Translations under genes and position numbers: made by a program
The notes under the pieces: generated by a model
Seen by the model: the letters and a program-made list of their open reading frames with translations, nothing else
Database searches by the model: none
What the model was told of the DNA's origin: nothing
Origin: an uncultured delta proteobacterium
GTDB lineage: Bacteria > Myxococcota_A > Polyangia > Fen-1088
Assembly (NCBI GenBank): GCA_963767925.1
Contig: CAVYGB010000010.1
Location: 1,696,001 to 1,760,000 of the forward strand
Reading direction: 5' to 3'
DNA length: 64,000 nt
Part shown: positions 9,471 to 21,414 of the stretch, one piece after another
Layout of the letters: the number at the start of each line of letters is the position of its first letter
Position numbering within the stretch: the first letter of the stretch is position 1

Positions 9471-11294
9471 ATGTGCGGCATAGTTGGTTACGTCGGTGAT
9501 AAGCAAGCCACTCCCATTCTGATCGGCGGGCTCCGCCGGCTCGAATATCGGGGGTACGACTCGGCCGGAGTGGCCGTCTCGAACGGCCACGGGGCCAAGG
9601 TGGTCCGCTGTCGGGGCAAGCTCTCGGCGCTCGAGAAGCTGCTCGAGACGGAAAAGCCGGACGGCACGGTGGGTATCGGGCACACGCGCTGGGCGACCCA
9701 CGGGCGCCCCTCGGACGAGAACGCCCACCCCCACAAGGTCGGGCCGGTCTCGGTGGTCCACAACGGGATCATCGAGAACCACGTCGGGCTGCGGGTGCGC
9801 CTCAAGGCCACCGGCCGGGTCTTCACCTCGGAGACCGACACCGAGATCGCCGCCCACCTCATCGACGAGGCCCTCAAGGCCGGGGCGGGCAGCCTGCTCG
9901 AGGCGGTCCGCAAGGCGCTCCGCCAGGTCGAGGGGGCCTACGCGCTGGTGGTCCTCTCGGACGATCACCCGGACCGGGTCGTGGCGGCCAAGAACGCCTC
10001 CCCGATGGTGGTGGGCCTGGGCCAGGGCGAGATGTTCCTGGCCTCCGACGTGCCCGCCCTGCTCGAGCACACCCGGGAGGTGATGTTCCTCGAGGACGGG
10101 GACATCGCCGAGCTGACCCGGGAGGGGATCTCGGTGAGCGACGTCGAGGGACGCAAGCTCAGCCGCGCGGCCAAGACGATAAGCTGGAACGCGGCCCAGG
10201 CGGAGAAGGCCGGCTACCCGCACTTCATGCTCAAGGAGATCCACGAGCAGCCGCGGGCGGTGACCGATACGCTGCGCGGGCGGCTGCTGCCCGACAAGAA
10301 CGACGCGATCCTCGACGGGTTCGACGCCGGTTCGGACGTGCGCCGGGTGGTGCTGCTGGCCTGCGGGACCTCGTACCACGCCGGCCTGGTCGGCAAGTTC
10401 CTGATCGAGGCGGCGGCCCGCATCCCCTGCGAGGTCGATCTGGCCAGCGAGTTCCGCTACCGCGAGCCGGTGATCGAGCCGGGTGATCTCGTGGTGGGGA
10501 TCTCCCAGAGCGGGGAGACGGCCGACACGCTGGCCGCCATCAAGGAGGCCAAGTCCCGGGGCGCCCGCACGCTGGCGATCTGCAACGTCGTCGACTCGGC
10601 GATCGCGCGGGCCTGCGACGGGGCGCTGTACACCCACGCCGGGCCGGAGATCGGGGTGGCCTCCACCAAGTGCTTCACGGCCCAGCTCGCGGCGCTGGCG
10701 CTGCTGGCGATCCACCTCGGGCGGCGCTCGGGGCACCTGACCGACGCGCCGGCGGCCGAGCTGATCTGCGAGCTGATGCTGCTGCCGCAGAAGATGGCCT
10801 ACACGCTTTCGCACATGATGGGCCCGGTCAAGGCGATCGCCCAGGAGTTCAAGGGGGCCAAGGACTTCCTCTATCTGGGGCGCGGGACCAACTACCCCAT
10901 CGCCCTCGAGGGGGCCCTCAAGCTCAAGGAGATCTCCTACATCCACGCCGAGGGCTACGCTGCCGGCGAGATGAAACACGGCCCCATCGCCCTCATCGAC
11001 GACGGCATCCCGGTGGTGGTGATCGCGCCCCGGGGCAAGGGCTACGACAAGGTGCTGTCGAACCTGGCCGAGGTGCGCGCCCGCGACGGCGCGGTCATCG
11101 CGGTGGCCACCATCGGGGACAAGACCATCGCCGAGCAGTGCCGGATGGTGGTCTGGGTGCCCGACTGCCCCAGCCTGTTTCAACCGCTGCTGACGGTGCT
11201 GCCGCTGCAGCTCCTGGCCTACGAGGTCGCGCTCGCCCGCGGCAACGACGTGGACCAGCCCCGCAACCTCGCCAAGAGCGTCACGGTCGAGTAG
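9471..11294 (+). CDS. glmS: Glutamine--fructose-6-phosphate aminotransferase
   Basis: MCGIVGY, LEYRGYDSAG, GHTRWATHG, SQSGETAD, PRNLAKSVTVE. Confidence 0.98.
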   Translation: MCGIVGYVGDKQATPILIGGLRRLEYRGYDSAGVAVSNGHGAKVVRCRGKLSALEKLLETEKPDGTVGIGHTRWATHGRPSDENAHPHKVGPVSVVHNGIIENHVGLRVRLKATGRVFTSETDTEIAAHLIDEALKAGAGSLLEAVRKALRQVEGAYALVVLSDDHPDRVVAAKNASPMVVGLGQGEMFLASDVPALLEHTREVMFLEDGDIAELTREGISVSDVEGRKLSRAAKTISWNAAQAEKAGYPHFMLKEIHEQPRAVTDTLRGRLLPDKNDAILDGFDAGSDVRRVVLLACGTSYHAGLVGKFLIEAAARIPCEVDLASEFRYREPVIEPGDLVVGISQSGETADTLAAIKEAKSRGARTLAICNVVDSAIARACDGALYTHAGPEIGVASTKCFTAQLAALALLAIHLGRRSGHLTDAPAAELICELMLLPQKMAYTLSHMMGPVKAIAQEFKGAKDFLYLGRGTNYPIALEGALKLKEISYIHAEGYAAGEMKHGPIALIDDGIPVVVIAPRGKGYDKVLSNLAEVRARDGAVIAVATIGDKTIAEQCRMVVWVPDCPSLFQPLLTVLPLQLLAYEVALARGNDVDQPRNLAKSVTVE

Positions 11295-11410
11295 CCCCCC
11301 CGCGTCCCGTTCCGGCCACGTGGCGCCCTCTCCAGGGTGCCGCCCTGGCCGAATAGCGCCCTGTGGGCCGATCGCGCGAAGAAAGCCGGTTCCCCGCCTG
11401 CCCGCTGCCT

Positions 11411-11455
11411 GTTCGCCCTCGCCCGGCGTAGCGGGTCGAAAGTTGGGGTGAGGGG
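11411..11455 (-). repeat. Degenerate CCCTCACCC-type REP-like repeat
   Basis: Minus strand reads CCCCTCACCCC...CCGGGCGAGGGCGAAC, like the copies at 30557 and 48242. Confidence 0.6.
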
Positions 11456-11588
11456 TCTGCCCGGTTTCGCCCTGGAATGGTTCGTTCCTGGAGGCACCTG
11501 GGGAGTCGTGTTATAGGTGGGGTCCTTTTCGGGCACTTCCGAGAGGGATCCCGAACCGACCCCACAACTTCACCAGGAAAAACGCGAC

Positions 11589-13394
<1,806 letters not shown>

Positions 13395-13575
13395 CCCTCT
13401 CCCCGGCGGGGGTGGTAGGGGGAGATCTTCGGGAAAGTGACGTGGGTCTCCGGCAGGCGGAGCCCGCCTCCGAACGCGGAAAGTGAAAATTGGTTTTGTT
13501 CACGCGACTCGGTCGCTGAAGAAAAATCATCAGGACGGAAGAGACAGCGGACAGTTGACGGAAGACGGAAAGAAC

Positions 13576-14124
13576 ATGAGCGCTCTGAGCACGACTCCTT
13601 TGGCTTTGACTCCGGCCCGGCTGGAGAGCCTGCCGTTGCACACTCTTTCGGTGCTGGTGCGGAACCAGCCGGGCGTGCTGGTGCGGGTGTCGCTGGTATT
13701 CGCCCGGCGGGGGTACAACATCGAGAGCCTGGTGGTGAGCCCCGACGTCATCAACGGGGACTTCTCGCGCATGACCATCACCTGCCGGGGGGACGAGGAC
13801 TCGTTCGAGCAGATCTCGAAGCAGCTGACGAAGCTGATCGACGTCGTGCACGCCATCGACCACACCGGCCAGGCGGTGGTCGAGACCGAGATCGCCCTCG
13901 TGAAGATCAAGGCGGCCGAGCTGCAGTCCCGCACCGAGGTGCTGCAGGTCGCCGAGCACTACAAGGCCAAGGTCGTCGACTACGGCGCCGAGTCGCTCAT
14001 CTTGCGGGTCTACGGCGAGAGCGAGAAGCTCGACAGCTTCGTGGCCCTGCTGCGACCCTTCGGCGTCGTCGAGCTGGTCCGCTCGGGCAAGATCCTCATG
14101 GCCCGCGGGCCCGAGACCACCTGA
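13576..14124 (+). CDS. ilvN: Acetolactate synthase small (regulatory) subunit
   Basis: ACT domain LVRNQPGVLVRV..FARRGYNIESL, QLTKLIDV, ELVRSG; follows ilvB. Confidence 0.92.
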   Translation: MSALSTTPLALTPARLESLPLHTLSVLVRNQPGVLVRVSLVFARRGYNIESLVVSPDVINGDFSRMTITCRGDEDSFEQISKQLTKLIDVVHAIDHTGQAVVETEIALVKIKAAELQSRTEVLQVAEHYKAKVVDYGAESLILRVYGESEKLDSFVALLRPFGVVELVRSGKILMARGPETT

Positions 14125-14170
14125 ACCGCGGGAAAATCGGGACGGGGGCGCGCCGGCCGCGCCCCCCTGA

Positions 14171-14641
14171 TCAGCGCGCGAAGAAGTGGCTGATCAGGAA
14201 GCCGGCGCCGACCAGGGCGGCCAGCGCGGTCAGCAGCCGCACCTTGGACAGCTTGCCCCGGGACAGCTCCTCGCTCGCCAGGGCGCTGCCGTCGAAGCCG
14301 GCGGCCATGCCACCGCCACCGGACACCGCCGCCTCTGCCATCAGCGGGCCTCCGTGCGGCAACGAGGGAGCGAAAGGTCGCGGCGTCGCCCCGCTGGGCG
14401 CGAGGACCTCGGGCGGGACGGTGAAGGCGGTGTTCCCGCCGCGGCCCTTGTCGGCGACGACCTCGGCGAACAGCGAGACAAGGTTGGGCGAGACCCGGGT
14501 TCGAAACAGCCGGTAGCCCTCGGTGATCTCGCGGCGCAGGTCGAGCCCGGCCCGGATCTTCTCGGTGTTGTAGAGCTCTATGTCCGAGAGGATCACGCGA
14601 GCCAGCCGCCGGGCGGCCTCTTCTTTATCTATTAGCCCCAT
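14171..14641 (-). CDS. Hypothetical protein with ARRLARVILSDIELYN helix and C-terminal TM segment
   Basis: ORF with typical codon bias and hydrophobic C-terminus. Confidence 0.6.
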   Translation of the reverse strand: MGLIDKEEAARRLARVILSDIELYNTEKIRAGLDLRREITEGYRLFRTRVSPNLVSLFAEVVADKGRGGNTAFTVPPEVLAPSGATPRPFAPSLPHGGPLMAEAAVSGGGGMAAGFDGSALASEELSRGKLSKVRLLTALAALVGAGFLISHFFAR

Positions 14642-14873
14642 GGACGGTTCCCCCAGGGGCGGCAGTGTAGCCGAGACCGCCCGCTCTGCGGGGCAAGTGT
14701 CATGTGAACATTGCGGTTTGTCACTGCCCCTGGCAGGACGCCGCCCGCCCGCACGATCCACGCGATTTCAAGCAGATACGCGCAGGACCCGCACCGCTCT
14801 GTACGAAAAGGGCGCAAAAAATTCGGCCCGGCAACGTTTGGCACACCTTTCGAGGACCGGGCGTCGGCGTCGC

Positions 14874-16613
14874 TCACCCCGCGGCGGTGGCGAGGGCGCC
14901 CCGCTGGCGGAGGGCGGCGGTGACCTTCTCCTGCTCGGTGGCCAGGGCGACGTCGAGCGGGGTGCGCTGGTCGTCGTCGCGCGCGTCGAGGTCGGCCCCG
15001 CGCTGGAGCAGCAGCTCGAGGATCGCCTCGAGCGCCGGGGTGGCGTCGGTCAGCGCGTGCAGGGGGGTGCGGCCCTGGGGCGTGCGGGTGGCGGCCAGCG
15101 CCGGCTCCCGCTCGAGCAGCGCGGACAGCCGATCGAGGCGGCCGTAGCGGGCGAGATCGACGACGTCGGGGGTGTGGTCGAGCAGGAACCGCAGCACCTC
15201 GCCCTTGGCCTCGGAGGGCCAGGCGGCGGCGAAGAAGCCGGCCCGCCCGGTGGCGGTCCCGCCGTAGACGTGATCGCGGATCGACATCGAGGCGCCGCGC
15301 CCGACCAGCTCCTCCACCACCGGGAGGTGGCCCTCGTCGACGGCGGCGTGCAGGGCGGTCAGACCGCTGCTGTCGCGGGCGTCGAGGGGGAGGCCCCGGT
15401 CGAGCAGCAGGCGAACCACCTCGACGCGACCGCGGCTGGCGGCGGCCATCAGGTTGTGGACGGTGAGGCCCTGGGGGTGGATCTCGAGCGTGCGGCGCAC
15501 GGCGGCGGCGTCCCCGCGCAGGCAGGCGGCGTGCAGCTCGTCGGCGGGGGCCAGCTCGACCCGTGTGGCGCCATGCTGCACGAGCAGCTCGGCGATCTCG
15601 GGGTGGCCGTGGCGGAGGGCGTTCTCCGGGTACAGCCGCCCGTTGTAGTAATCGCGCCCCGTGGCGGAGACGCCGTGGGCCAGCAGCAGGGCCACCCGAT
15701 CGATGAACCCCTGCTCGGCCGCCCGCCCCAGCAGAAAATCGAGGTTGGAGATGCCCGGGCGATCCGGGTTCAACGGCCGGGTGGCGTCGAGGCCGCGCGA
15801 CAGCAGCAGCTCGATCCAGCTGTTGCTCCGGGAAAAGTGCGTGTTGTAGAGCGCCTGGTCGTCGGTGGGGCTGGCCCCCGCGTCCAGCAGCACGCGGGCC
15901 AGGGCCTCGCTCTGGGGGTGGGGCGGCTGGAACACGAGCCCCTGCTCCCCCTCCCCCAGCGCCCCCGTGAGGGCGGTGAAGCGGCAAGGACCGGGCAGCA
16001 CGACGTGGCTGTTGGGATCGGCGCCCCGCTCGAGCAGCAGGCGCGCCACCCCCACCGGATCCCAGCCGGGGCGGGCCGGCGCCACCCTGCCGTAACAGAG
16101 GTAAAGCAGCGCGTCCCACCCACGCGGCCCCCCCTTGCGGGTGGCCAGTCCGGGATCGGCGTCGAGCAGCCGCTGCGCGCTCGCCAGATCGCCGACCACC
16201 GCGGCGGCGTGGAGGCTGACCGCCGGGATCTCCGGGGCGGTCTCCAGCAGCCGCTCGGCCCGGGTCCGGCGCGCCGGTGACTCGCCGAGCGCGTAGGTGA
16301 GGCAGGCCAGATCCACGAAGCGGTCGGCCAGACCGGCGGCGTCGGCCACCCCGGGCGGCTTCTCCGCCAGCGGCAGCGACTCGACGTGCCCGCGCAGCTC
16401 GGCCCAGCTCGCGAAGCCGTACTCCCGGGCGAGGACGAGCTGCGCATCCCGCAGGCCCGGCGTCTCCGGCGAGCGGGGGTGGCTGCGCTCGAAGCGCCCC
16501 ACCGCTTCGGCGTTTCCCGTCAGCCGTTGCCGCAGGAGCTGCTTGGCCTGCTTGCGCAGGCTCTCCAGGCTCGGCCGGAGCGGGAGAGGTCGAACGGTCG
16601 ACGATCGATCCAC
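14874..16613 (-). CDS. Ankyrin-repeat protein with a small N-terminal helical domain (LPLRPSLESLRKQAK...AQLVLAREYGFASW)
   Basis: Ankyrin motifs GLTALHAA, GRTPLHAL, LLQRGADLDARD; strong SD GAAAGGAGG. Confidence 0.88.
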   Translation of the reverse strand: MDRSSTVRPLPLRPSLESLRKQAKQLLRQRLTGNAEAVGRFERSHPRSPETPGLRDAQLVLAREYGFASWAELRGHVESLPLAEKPPGVADAAGLADRFVDLACLTYALGESPARRTRAERLLETAPEIPAVSLHAAAVVGDLASAQRLLDADPGLATRKGGPRGWDALLYLCYGRVAPARPGWDPVGVARLLLERGADPNSHVVLPGPCRFTALTGALGEGEQGLVFQPPHPQSEALARVLLDAGASPTDDQALYNTHFSRSNSWIELLLSRGLDATRPLNPDRPGISNLDFLLGRAAEQGFIDRVALLLAHGVSATGRDYYNGRLYPENALRHGHPEIAELLVQHGATRVELAPADELHAACLRGDAAAVRRTLEIHPQGLTVHNLMAAASRGRVEVVRLLLDRGLPLDARDSSGLTALHAAVDEGHLPVVEELVGRGASMSIRDHVYGGTATGRAGFFAAAWPSEAKGEVLRFLLDHTPDVVDLARYGRLDRLSALLEREPALAATRTPQGRTPLHALTDATPALEAILELLLQRGADLDARDDDQRTPLDVALATEQEKVTAALRQRGALATAAG

Positions 16614-16740
16614 GGAGAACCTCCTTTCGTCAGCGCCTGCGGTCCGCGAACAGGCCGAAAGGAAGCATCGGCACGAACAGCGAAAAACGGGTGGGAGTCG
16701 TTCCCTTGCCGCGGACGGGAGGCGCCCCGAAGCGCACTGC
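16614..16740 (-). ncRNA. Candidate structured cis-regulatory 5' leader of the ankyrin gene
   Basis: Long-range stems GCGCCU/AGGCGC and GUCCGCG/CGCGGAC enclose two hairpins; CUUCCUUUCG is complementary to the SD region CGAAAGGAGG. Confidence 0.6.
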
Positions 16741-16745
16741 TTTTG

Positions 16746-16774
16746 TCTATAGCCCCCACCTCCCCCCCGGTCAA
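16746..16774 (-). promoter_or_regulatory. Putative sigma70-type promoter
   Basis: TTGACC-17 bp-TATAGA directly upstream of the structured leader. Confidence 0.55.
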
Positions 16775-17107
16775 GGCGACCCGGGCCCGAAGTCGCAGCC
16801 CCGGCCCGCGGCCGGGCAGCCCCTCACCCGCCGCTCGTGGTCGCGCGCCTGGGCCAGGGGCGGCGTCTCCCCTTGTCCCACTCGTCGGCCCTCGTCCGCC
16901 CCTGCGCGCCCGCGTCTCCTCCCTACCCTTCGCGCGCTCGCGGTTCCTTCGATCGCGGCCACCTCCGGCGCGCGCGAGGTTCGCCGGGCGCGCTCAGCAG
17001 CGCCGACTGTTCGCGCCCGGGAATCGGCTTCCCACGAGCGAACAGGCGCGCCTTGCCCGCGATCACAACGCGCCCCGGTTTCTCGAACGATTTCGTCGAG
17101 CGCGCGC

Positions 17108-17123
17108 TGGCACGAAGGTCGCT
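17108..17123 (+). promoter_or_regulatory. Putative sigma54 promoter
   Basis: TGGCACGAAGGTCGCT with GG-N10-GC (-24/-12) spacing, upstream of 17297. Confidence 0.45.
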
Positions 17124-17296
17124 ATTGCCGGGACTGTGCGCGAACCACTTCCGAATTCGCGATCTCCGTCGAAGGGAATGCAAAGCCTCGCACACCCATT
17201 GTCCATCCAGGCGCAGGCGGCGTCTGGATGGGACCGCGCGCGATCGATCGTGACCGGCGCGCCGAACCCACAGCCGCCTCGAAAAGGAGGGCTCCC

Positions 17297-17521
17297 ATGA
17301 CCAAGCCAATCCGCTGGACCGCCGAGACCATCTTCGCGCCGCTGCTCGGCTTCGCGATGGCCGCGTTCCTGGCCAGCGCCTGCTACGTGGGCCAGAACCG
17401 GCCCACCAGCGGCAGCCAGCTCGTGCCCGCGGCCACCCTGGCCAAGCTGATCGAAAACGGCCGCGTCTGCCAGACCATCACCGACGAGGAAGTCTTCCTT
17501 CACTTCCCGCGCCGCTGCTGA
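17297..17521 (+). CDS. Small putative lipoprotein (74 aa)
   Basis: RBS AAGGAGG; hydrophobic stretch ending in lipobox-like LASAC. Confidence 0.6.
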   Translation: MTKPIRWTAETIFAPLLGFAMAAFLASACYVGQNRPTSGSQLVPAATLAKLIENGRVCQTITDEEVFLHFPRRC

Positions 17522-17712
17522 TCGGATCCGCCGCTCGGTCGCGGACCGACAGCTCCCACCGGAGCGCACGCGACCGGCGAGCCGTGTTGCGCCGCCAGCA
17601 CCCGGCCGTTGCCGGTGCGCGGCCTTCTGTCGTCATCTCGACACCGAGACGCCCCGGCGATGCCATGGGGCGCTCGTAACGTGCCCGAAACGACAGAGGC
17701 ACGAGGTGACGA

Positions 17713-19515
17713 ATGCTGAACGAAGCGCACACACCGCGGCTCATAGATCTGAAGGGCGCCATCCGGGGTCCCCTGGGCAAGACGCTCTTCAAGCTCGTGG
17801 AGTCTCCGGTCGAACGCGTGCTCTCCGTGGCGCGCATCAACCGCCTGTACGCCGAGTCGCGCGGGCGTGACGACCGGGTGAACTACTTTTCTACCGTCCT
17901 CGACGTGCTCGACATCGAATACGCGCTGTCCGAGGAGGACCGCGAGAAGATCCCGACCGCGGGGCCCCTGGTGGTGGTGGCCAACCACCCGTTCGGCGCC
18001 ATCGAGGGGGTGATCCTGGGGGATCTGCTGACCCGGCGGCGTCCCGACGTGCGCCTGCTGGGCAACCACCTGCTGGCGCGCGTGCCCGAGCTGGCGAGCT
18101 GGATCATCCCGGTCAATCCCTTCGGGGGCACCCAGGCCACCCAGAGCAACATCGCCCCCCTCAAGGCCTGCCTGCGCTGGCTGCAAAAGGGCGGGTCCCT
18201 CGGGGCCTTCCCGGCGGGGACGGTGTCGCACCTGCGCCCGTTCGCCCGGGGGATCTCCGATCCGCCCTGGCATTCCAGCGTCGCGGCGCTGGTCCGCCAC
18301 ACCGGCGCCACGGTCGTGCCGATCTTCTTCGAGGGGCGCAACAGCATGATGTTCCAGCTCGCCGGGCTCATCCACCCGGGGCTGCGCACGGCCCTGCTGC
18401 CGCACGAGCTGCTGCGCCGGGCGCACTCGCGCCTGGTGGTGCGGGTGGGACGGCCCATCGGGCCGGACAAGCTGGCCCGCTACGAGGACGCCGCCGACGC
18501 CACCAGCTACCTGCGCTTCAAGACGTACATGCTGAAGCGGCGGACCAGCCCGGTGCGCCCGCGCTTCATCCCCCGCAAGGATCCCCCCGCCGCGACGATG
18601 GAGCCGCTGGCCGAGGCGGTGCCGCCGGCCGAGCTGACCGCCGAGGTGGCGGGGCTGCCGGCCGGGGCGCTGCTGCACGAGCAGGGCGACTACCAGCTCT
18701 TCGCCGTGTCGGCGCCGCAGATCCCCCGGATGCTGCAGGAGATCGGGCGGCTGCGGGAGAAGACCTTCCGCGAGGTCTCGGAGGGGACCGGGCGGGCCAC
18801 CGACCTCGACCGCTACGACGAGGTGTACGTGCACCTGTTCATGTGGAACCGGGCCCGGTCGGAGCTGGTGGGCAGCTACCGCATGGGGCGGGTCGACGAG
18901 CTGCTGGCGCGAGGCGGGATCGGGGCGCTCTACACGAGCAGCCTGTTCAAGTTCAAGGAGGGGTTCCTGCAGCGGCTGGGGCCGGCGCTCGAGCTGGGGC
19001 GGTCCTTCATCCGCGCCGAGTACCAGCGCAAGCCGACCTCGCTGGCCCTCGTGTGGCGCGGCATCGGGGAGTACCTGGTGCGCAACCCCCGCTACAAGGT
19101 GCTGTTCGGACCGGTCAGCATCAGCCGGGACTACCAGAACCTGTCGCGGCGCCTGATGGTGGAGTTCCTGGCGCAGGAGCGGGGCGACGAGGCGCTGGCC
19201 GGGATGGTCAAGGCCAAGAACCCACCGCGCGACCGGCTGGCTCCCGAGGAGCGGGCGGTCTTCGGCCCCCTGGTCAAAGATGTGGATGACATCTCGGGGC
19301 TCGTGTCGGAGATTGAAGAGGACAACAAGGGGATGCCGGTGCTGCTGCGACACTACCTGCGCCTGAACGCGCGCCTGCTGAGCTTCAACGTCGACCCGGC
19401 GTTCGGCCACTGCATCGACGGGCTCATCCTCGTCGACCTGCGGACCACCGAGCCGAAGATCCTCAAGCGGTTCATGGGCGAGCAGGGACAGCGGGCGTTC
19501 GCGGCGGCGGCGTGA
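17713..19515 (+). CDS. Bifunctional PlsC-type acyltransferase + GNAT N-acyltransferase (OlsF-like amino-lipid synthase)
   Basis: N-terminal ANHPFG and FPAGTVSH; C-terminal EIGRLRE..FR, DLDRYD, GSYRMG, LELGRSF, LLRHYL, FNVDPAF. Confidence 0.85.
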   Translation: MLNEAHTPRLIDLKGAIRGPLGKTLFKLVESPVERVLSVARINRLYAESRGRDDRVNYFSTVLDVLDIEYALSEEDREKIPTAGPLVVVANHPFGAIEGVILGDLLTRRRPDVRLLGNHLLARVPELASWIIPVNPFGGTQATQSNIAPLKACLRWLQKGGSLGAFPAGTVSHLRPFARGISDPPWHSSVAALVRHTGATVVPIFFEGRNSMMFQLAGLIHPGLRTALLPHELLRRAHSRLVVRVGRPIGPDKLARYEDAADATSYLRFKTYMLKRRTSPVRPRFIPRKDPPAATMEPLAEAVPPAELTAEVAGLPAGALLHEQGDYQLFAVSAPQIPRMLQEIGRLREKTFREVSEGTGRATDLDRYDEVYVHLFMWNRARSELVGSYRMGRVDELLARGGIGALYTSSLFKFKEGFLQRLGPALELGRSFIRAEYQRKPTSLALVWRGIGEYLVRNPRYKVLFGPVSISRDYQNLSRRLMVEFLAQERGDEALAGMVKAKNPPRDRLAPEERAVFGPLVKDVDDISGLVSEIEEDNKGMPVLLRHYLRLNARLLSFNVDPAFGHCIDGLILVDLRTTEPKILKRFMGEQGQRAFAAAA

Positions 19516-20297
19516 GCGGCGAGGCGGGCGCGGTCACCTGGGTCCTGCTGCGCGGCCTGGCGCGCGAGGCGGGACACTGGGGCGACTTCGCCCGGGAGCT
19601 GCAGGCGGCGCTGCCCGGGTCGCGGGTGCTCACCCCCGACCTGCCCGGCTGCGGGACCGAGGGGAGCCAGCGCTCGGCGACGACGGTGGCCGGGCTGCTG
19701 GCCTGCGTGCGGGAGGGGGTGGGGAAGGCGGCGCCGGGCCAGCGCCTGTGCCTGTTCGGCCTGTCGATGGGAGGCATGATCGCCCTCGAGTGGTCGCGGC
19801 AGCACCCCGAGGATCTGGCCGGCGTGGTGCTGGTCAACAGCAGCGCCGGGGGGGTCAGCGCGCCCTGGCGGCGGCTGCGCCCGGGGGCGATCTGGGGACT
19901 GGCCCGGGCGGCGCTGGCCCCCGACGCGGACGCGCGCGAGCGGCGGGTGTTCTCCTTCACGAGCGCGCGGCCGGACCGGCGAGCGGTGGTGTTGCCCCGC
20001 TGGACCGAGCTGGCCCGGCTCCGACCCGTCGCGCGGGCGACCGCCGCCCGCCACCTGCTGGCGGCGGGGCGCTACCGTTACCGCCGGCCTGCGGAGGGGA
20101 CCATCTCGCCGCCGGTGCTGGTGCTGGTGAGCGAACGCGACGGCATGGTGTCGCCGGCCTGCTCGCTGGCCCTGGCCGGACGGCTGGGAGCGCCTGTGCG
20201 CCGGCATCCGACCGCCGGCCACGACCTTCCCCTCGATGATCCGGAGTGGGTGATCACCCAGCTCGCCGACTGGGCGAGAGCGTCCCGGATCGCGTGA
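19512..20297 (+). CDS. Alpha/beta hydrolase
   Basis: LLRGLAREAGHWG, DLPGCG, GLSMGG nucleophile elbow, GHDLPLD; start overlaps the upstream stop. Confidence 0.88.
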   Translation: MSGEAGAVTWVLLRGLAREAGHWGDFARELQAALPGSRVLTPDLPGCGTEGSQRSATTVAGLLACVREGVGKAAPGQRLCLFGLSMGGMIALEWSRQHPEDLAGVVLVNSSAGGVSAPWRRLRPGAIWGLARAALAPDADARERRVFSFTSARPDRRAVVLPRWTELARLRPVARATAARHLLAAGRYRYRRPAEGTISPPVLVLVSERDGMVSPACSLALAGRLGAPVRRHPTAGHDLPLDDPEWVITQLADWARASRIA

Positions 20298-20416
20298 ACG
20301 CGCAACGGTCTGGCCCGACTCCCCTCACCCCTCACCCGGTTGCCGCCCGGTTGCAGGGATTTTTCGACGGATCCGAGACGGTCTCCCTGCATTTGTAACA
20401 ATCGCGCGACGGGTGC

Positions 20417-21382
20417 GTGCGCTACCTTGAGAGCGTGGTCCACAGCACCCCGCCCTTTGGCGCGTACCCGAAGCCGGGGGAGCTCGAGCTCCGGTGGCGC
20501 GAGCTGGCCGCGCAGCTCGGCGGACGCGAGTCGATCGCCGGGACCTCGGTCGAGGGGCGGCCGCTGTGGCGGTTCGACATCGGGCCGCAGCGCTCCGAGC
20601 GGCCCCCGATCCTGCTGACCGCGCTGATCCACGGCGTGGAGGTGATCGGGTCGCTCGCCCTGTTCGAGGTGATGAGCCGGCTGCGCGACACGGGGGCCGA
20701 GCTGCGCGAGCGGGCGCGGTTCGTGGTGATGCCCGTGCTGAACCCGGACGCGCTCGCCGCCAACATGGACCGCCTGGCGCGGGGGCGGCCGGCCGCCCGG
20801 CGCAAGAACGCCAACGGCGTCGATCTGAACCGCAACTTCCCCACCATCGGCAGCGAGCGCCCCTGGCACCCGTTCGCCGGATCGAGCCTGCGCCTGTCGC
20901 CGCACTACCGGGGCGCGCGCCCGCTGTCCGAGCCGGAGTCGCGCGCGGTCCACCAGGTGGCCACCGAGCTGCGCCCGGGGCTGGCGCTGGGGTTCCACAG
21001 CTTCGGCAACATGTTGCTCTACCCCTGGGGCCACTCGCGCACGCCGAACCCGCGGATCGGGCCGTACCAGCGGCTGGCGGCGGCGTTCTCGCAGGCGGTG
21101 CAGCGGATCCCCTACCGCTGCGGGCAGGCGATCGACTTCTTTCCCACGGTGGGCGACCTCGACGACTGGCTCGACGCGACCTTCGGCACGCTGGCCCTCA
21201 CCGTCGAGGTGGGCAAGCTGAGCAAGCAGCTCTTTCACCCGCTGCGGATGCTCAACACCTTCTGGTGGATGAACCCGATGAAGATCGAGCCGACGGTCCG
21301 CAACGTGACGCCGGGGATCCTCGACCTGATGCGCGCGGCCATGATCCCCACGCCCGCCCGAGGGCGATTCCGGCCGGCTTGA
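20417..21382 (+). CDS. M14 zinc carboxypeptidase family protein
   Basis: HGVE, NPD, RKNANGVDLNRNF, SEPESRA, FHS. Confidence 0.88.
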   Translation: MRYLESVVHSTPPFGAYPKPGELELRWRELAAQLGGRESIAGTSVEGRPLWRFDIGPQRSERPPILLTALIHGVEVIGSLALFEVMSRLRDTGAELRERARFVVMPVLNPDALAANMDRLARGRPAARRKNANGVDLNRNFPTIGSERPWHPFAGSSLRLSPHYRGARPLSEPESRAVHQVATELRPGLALGFHSFGNMLLYPWGHSRTPNPRIGPYQRLAAAFSQAVQRIPYRCGQAIDFFPTVGDLDDWLDATFGTLALTVEVGKLSKQLFHPLRMLNTFWWMNPMKIEPTVRNVTPGILDLMRAAMIPTPARGRFRPA

Positions 21383-21414
21383 CCGGCTGCCGGGGAAGCT
21401 CGATCATCGGCGCC

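Noticed and set aside
16820..16875. Short segment reading LVVARLGQG inside a partial REP, as another captured gene fragment
   Set aside because: Too short (~27 bp) to assign without a search
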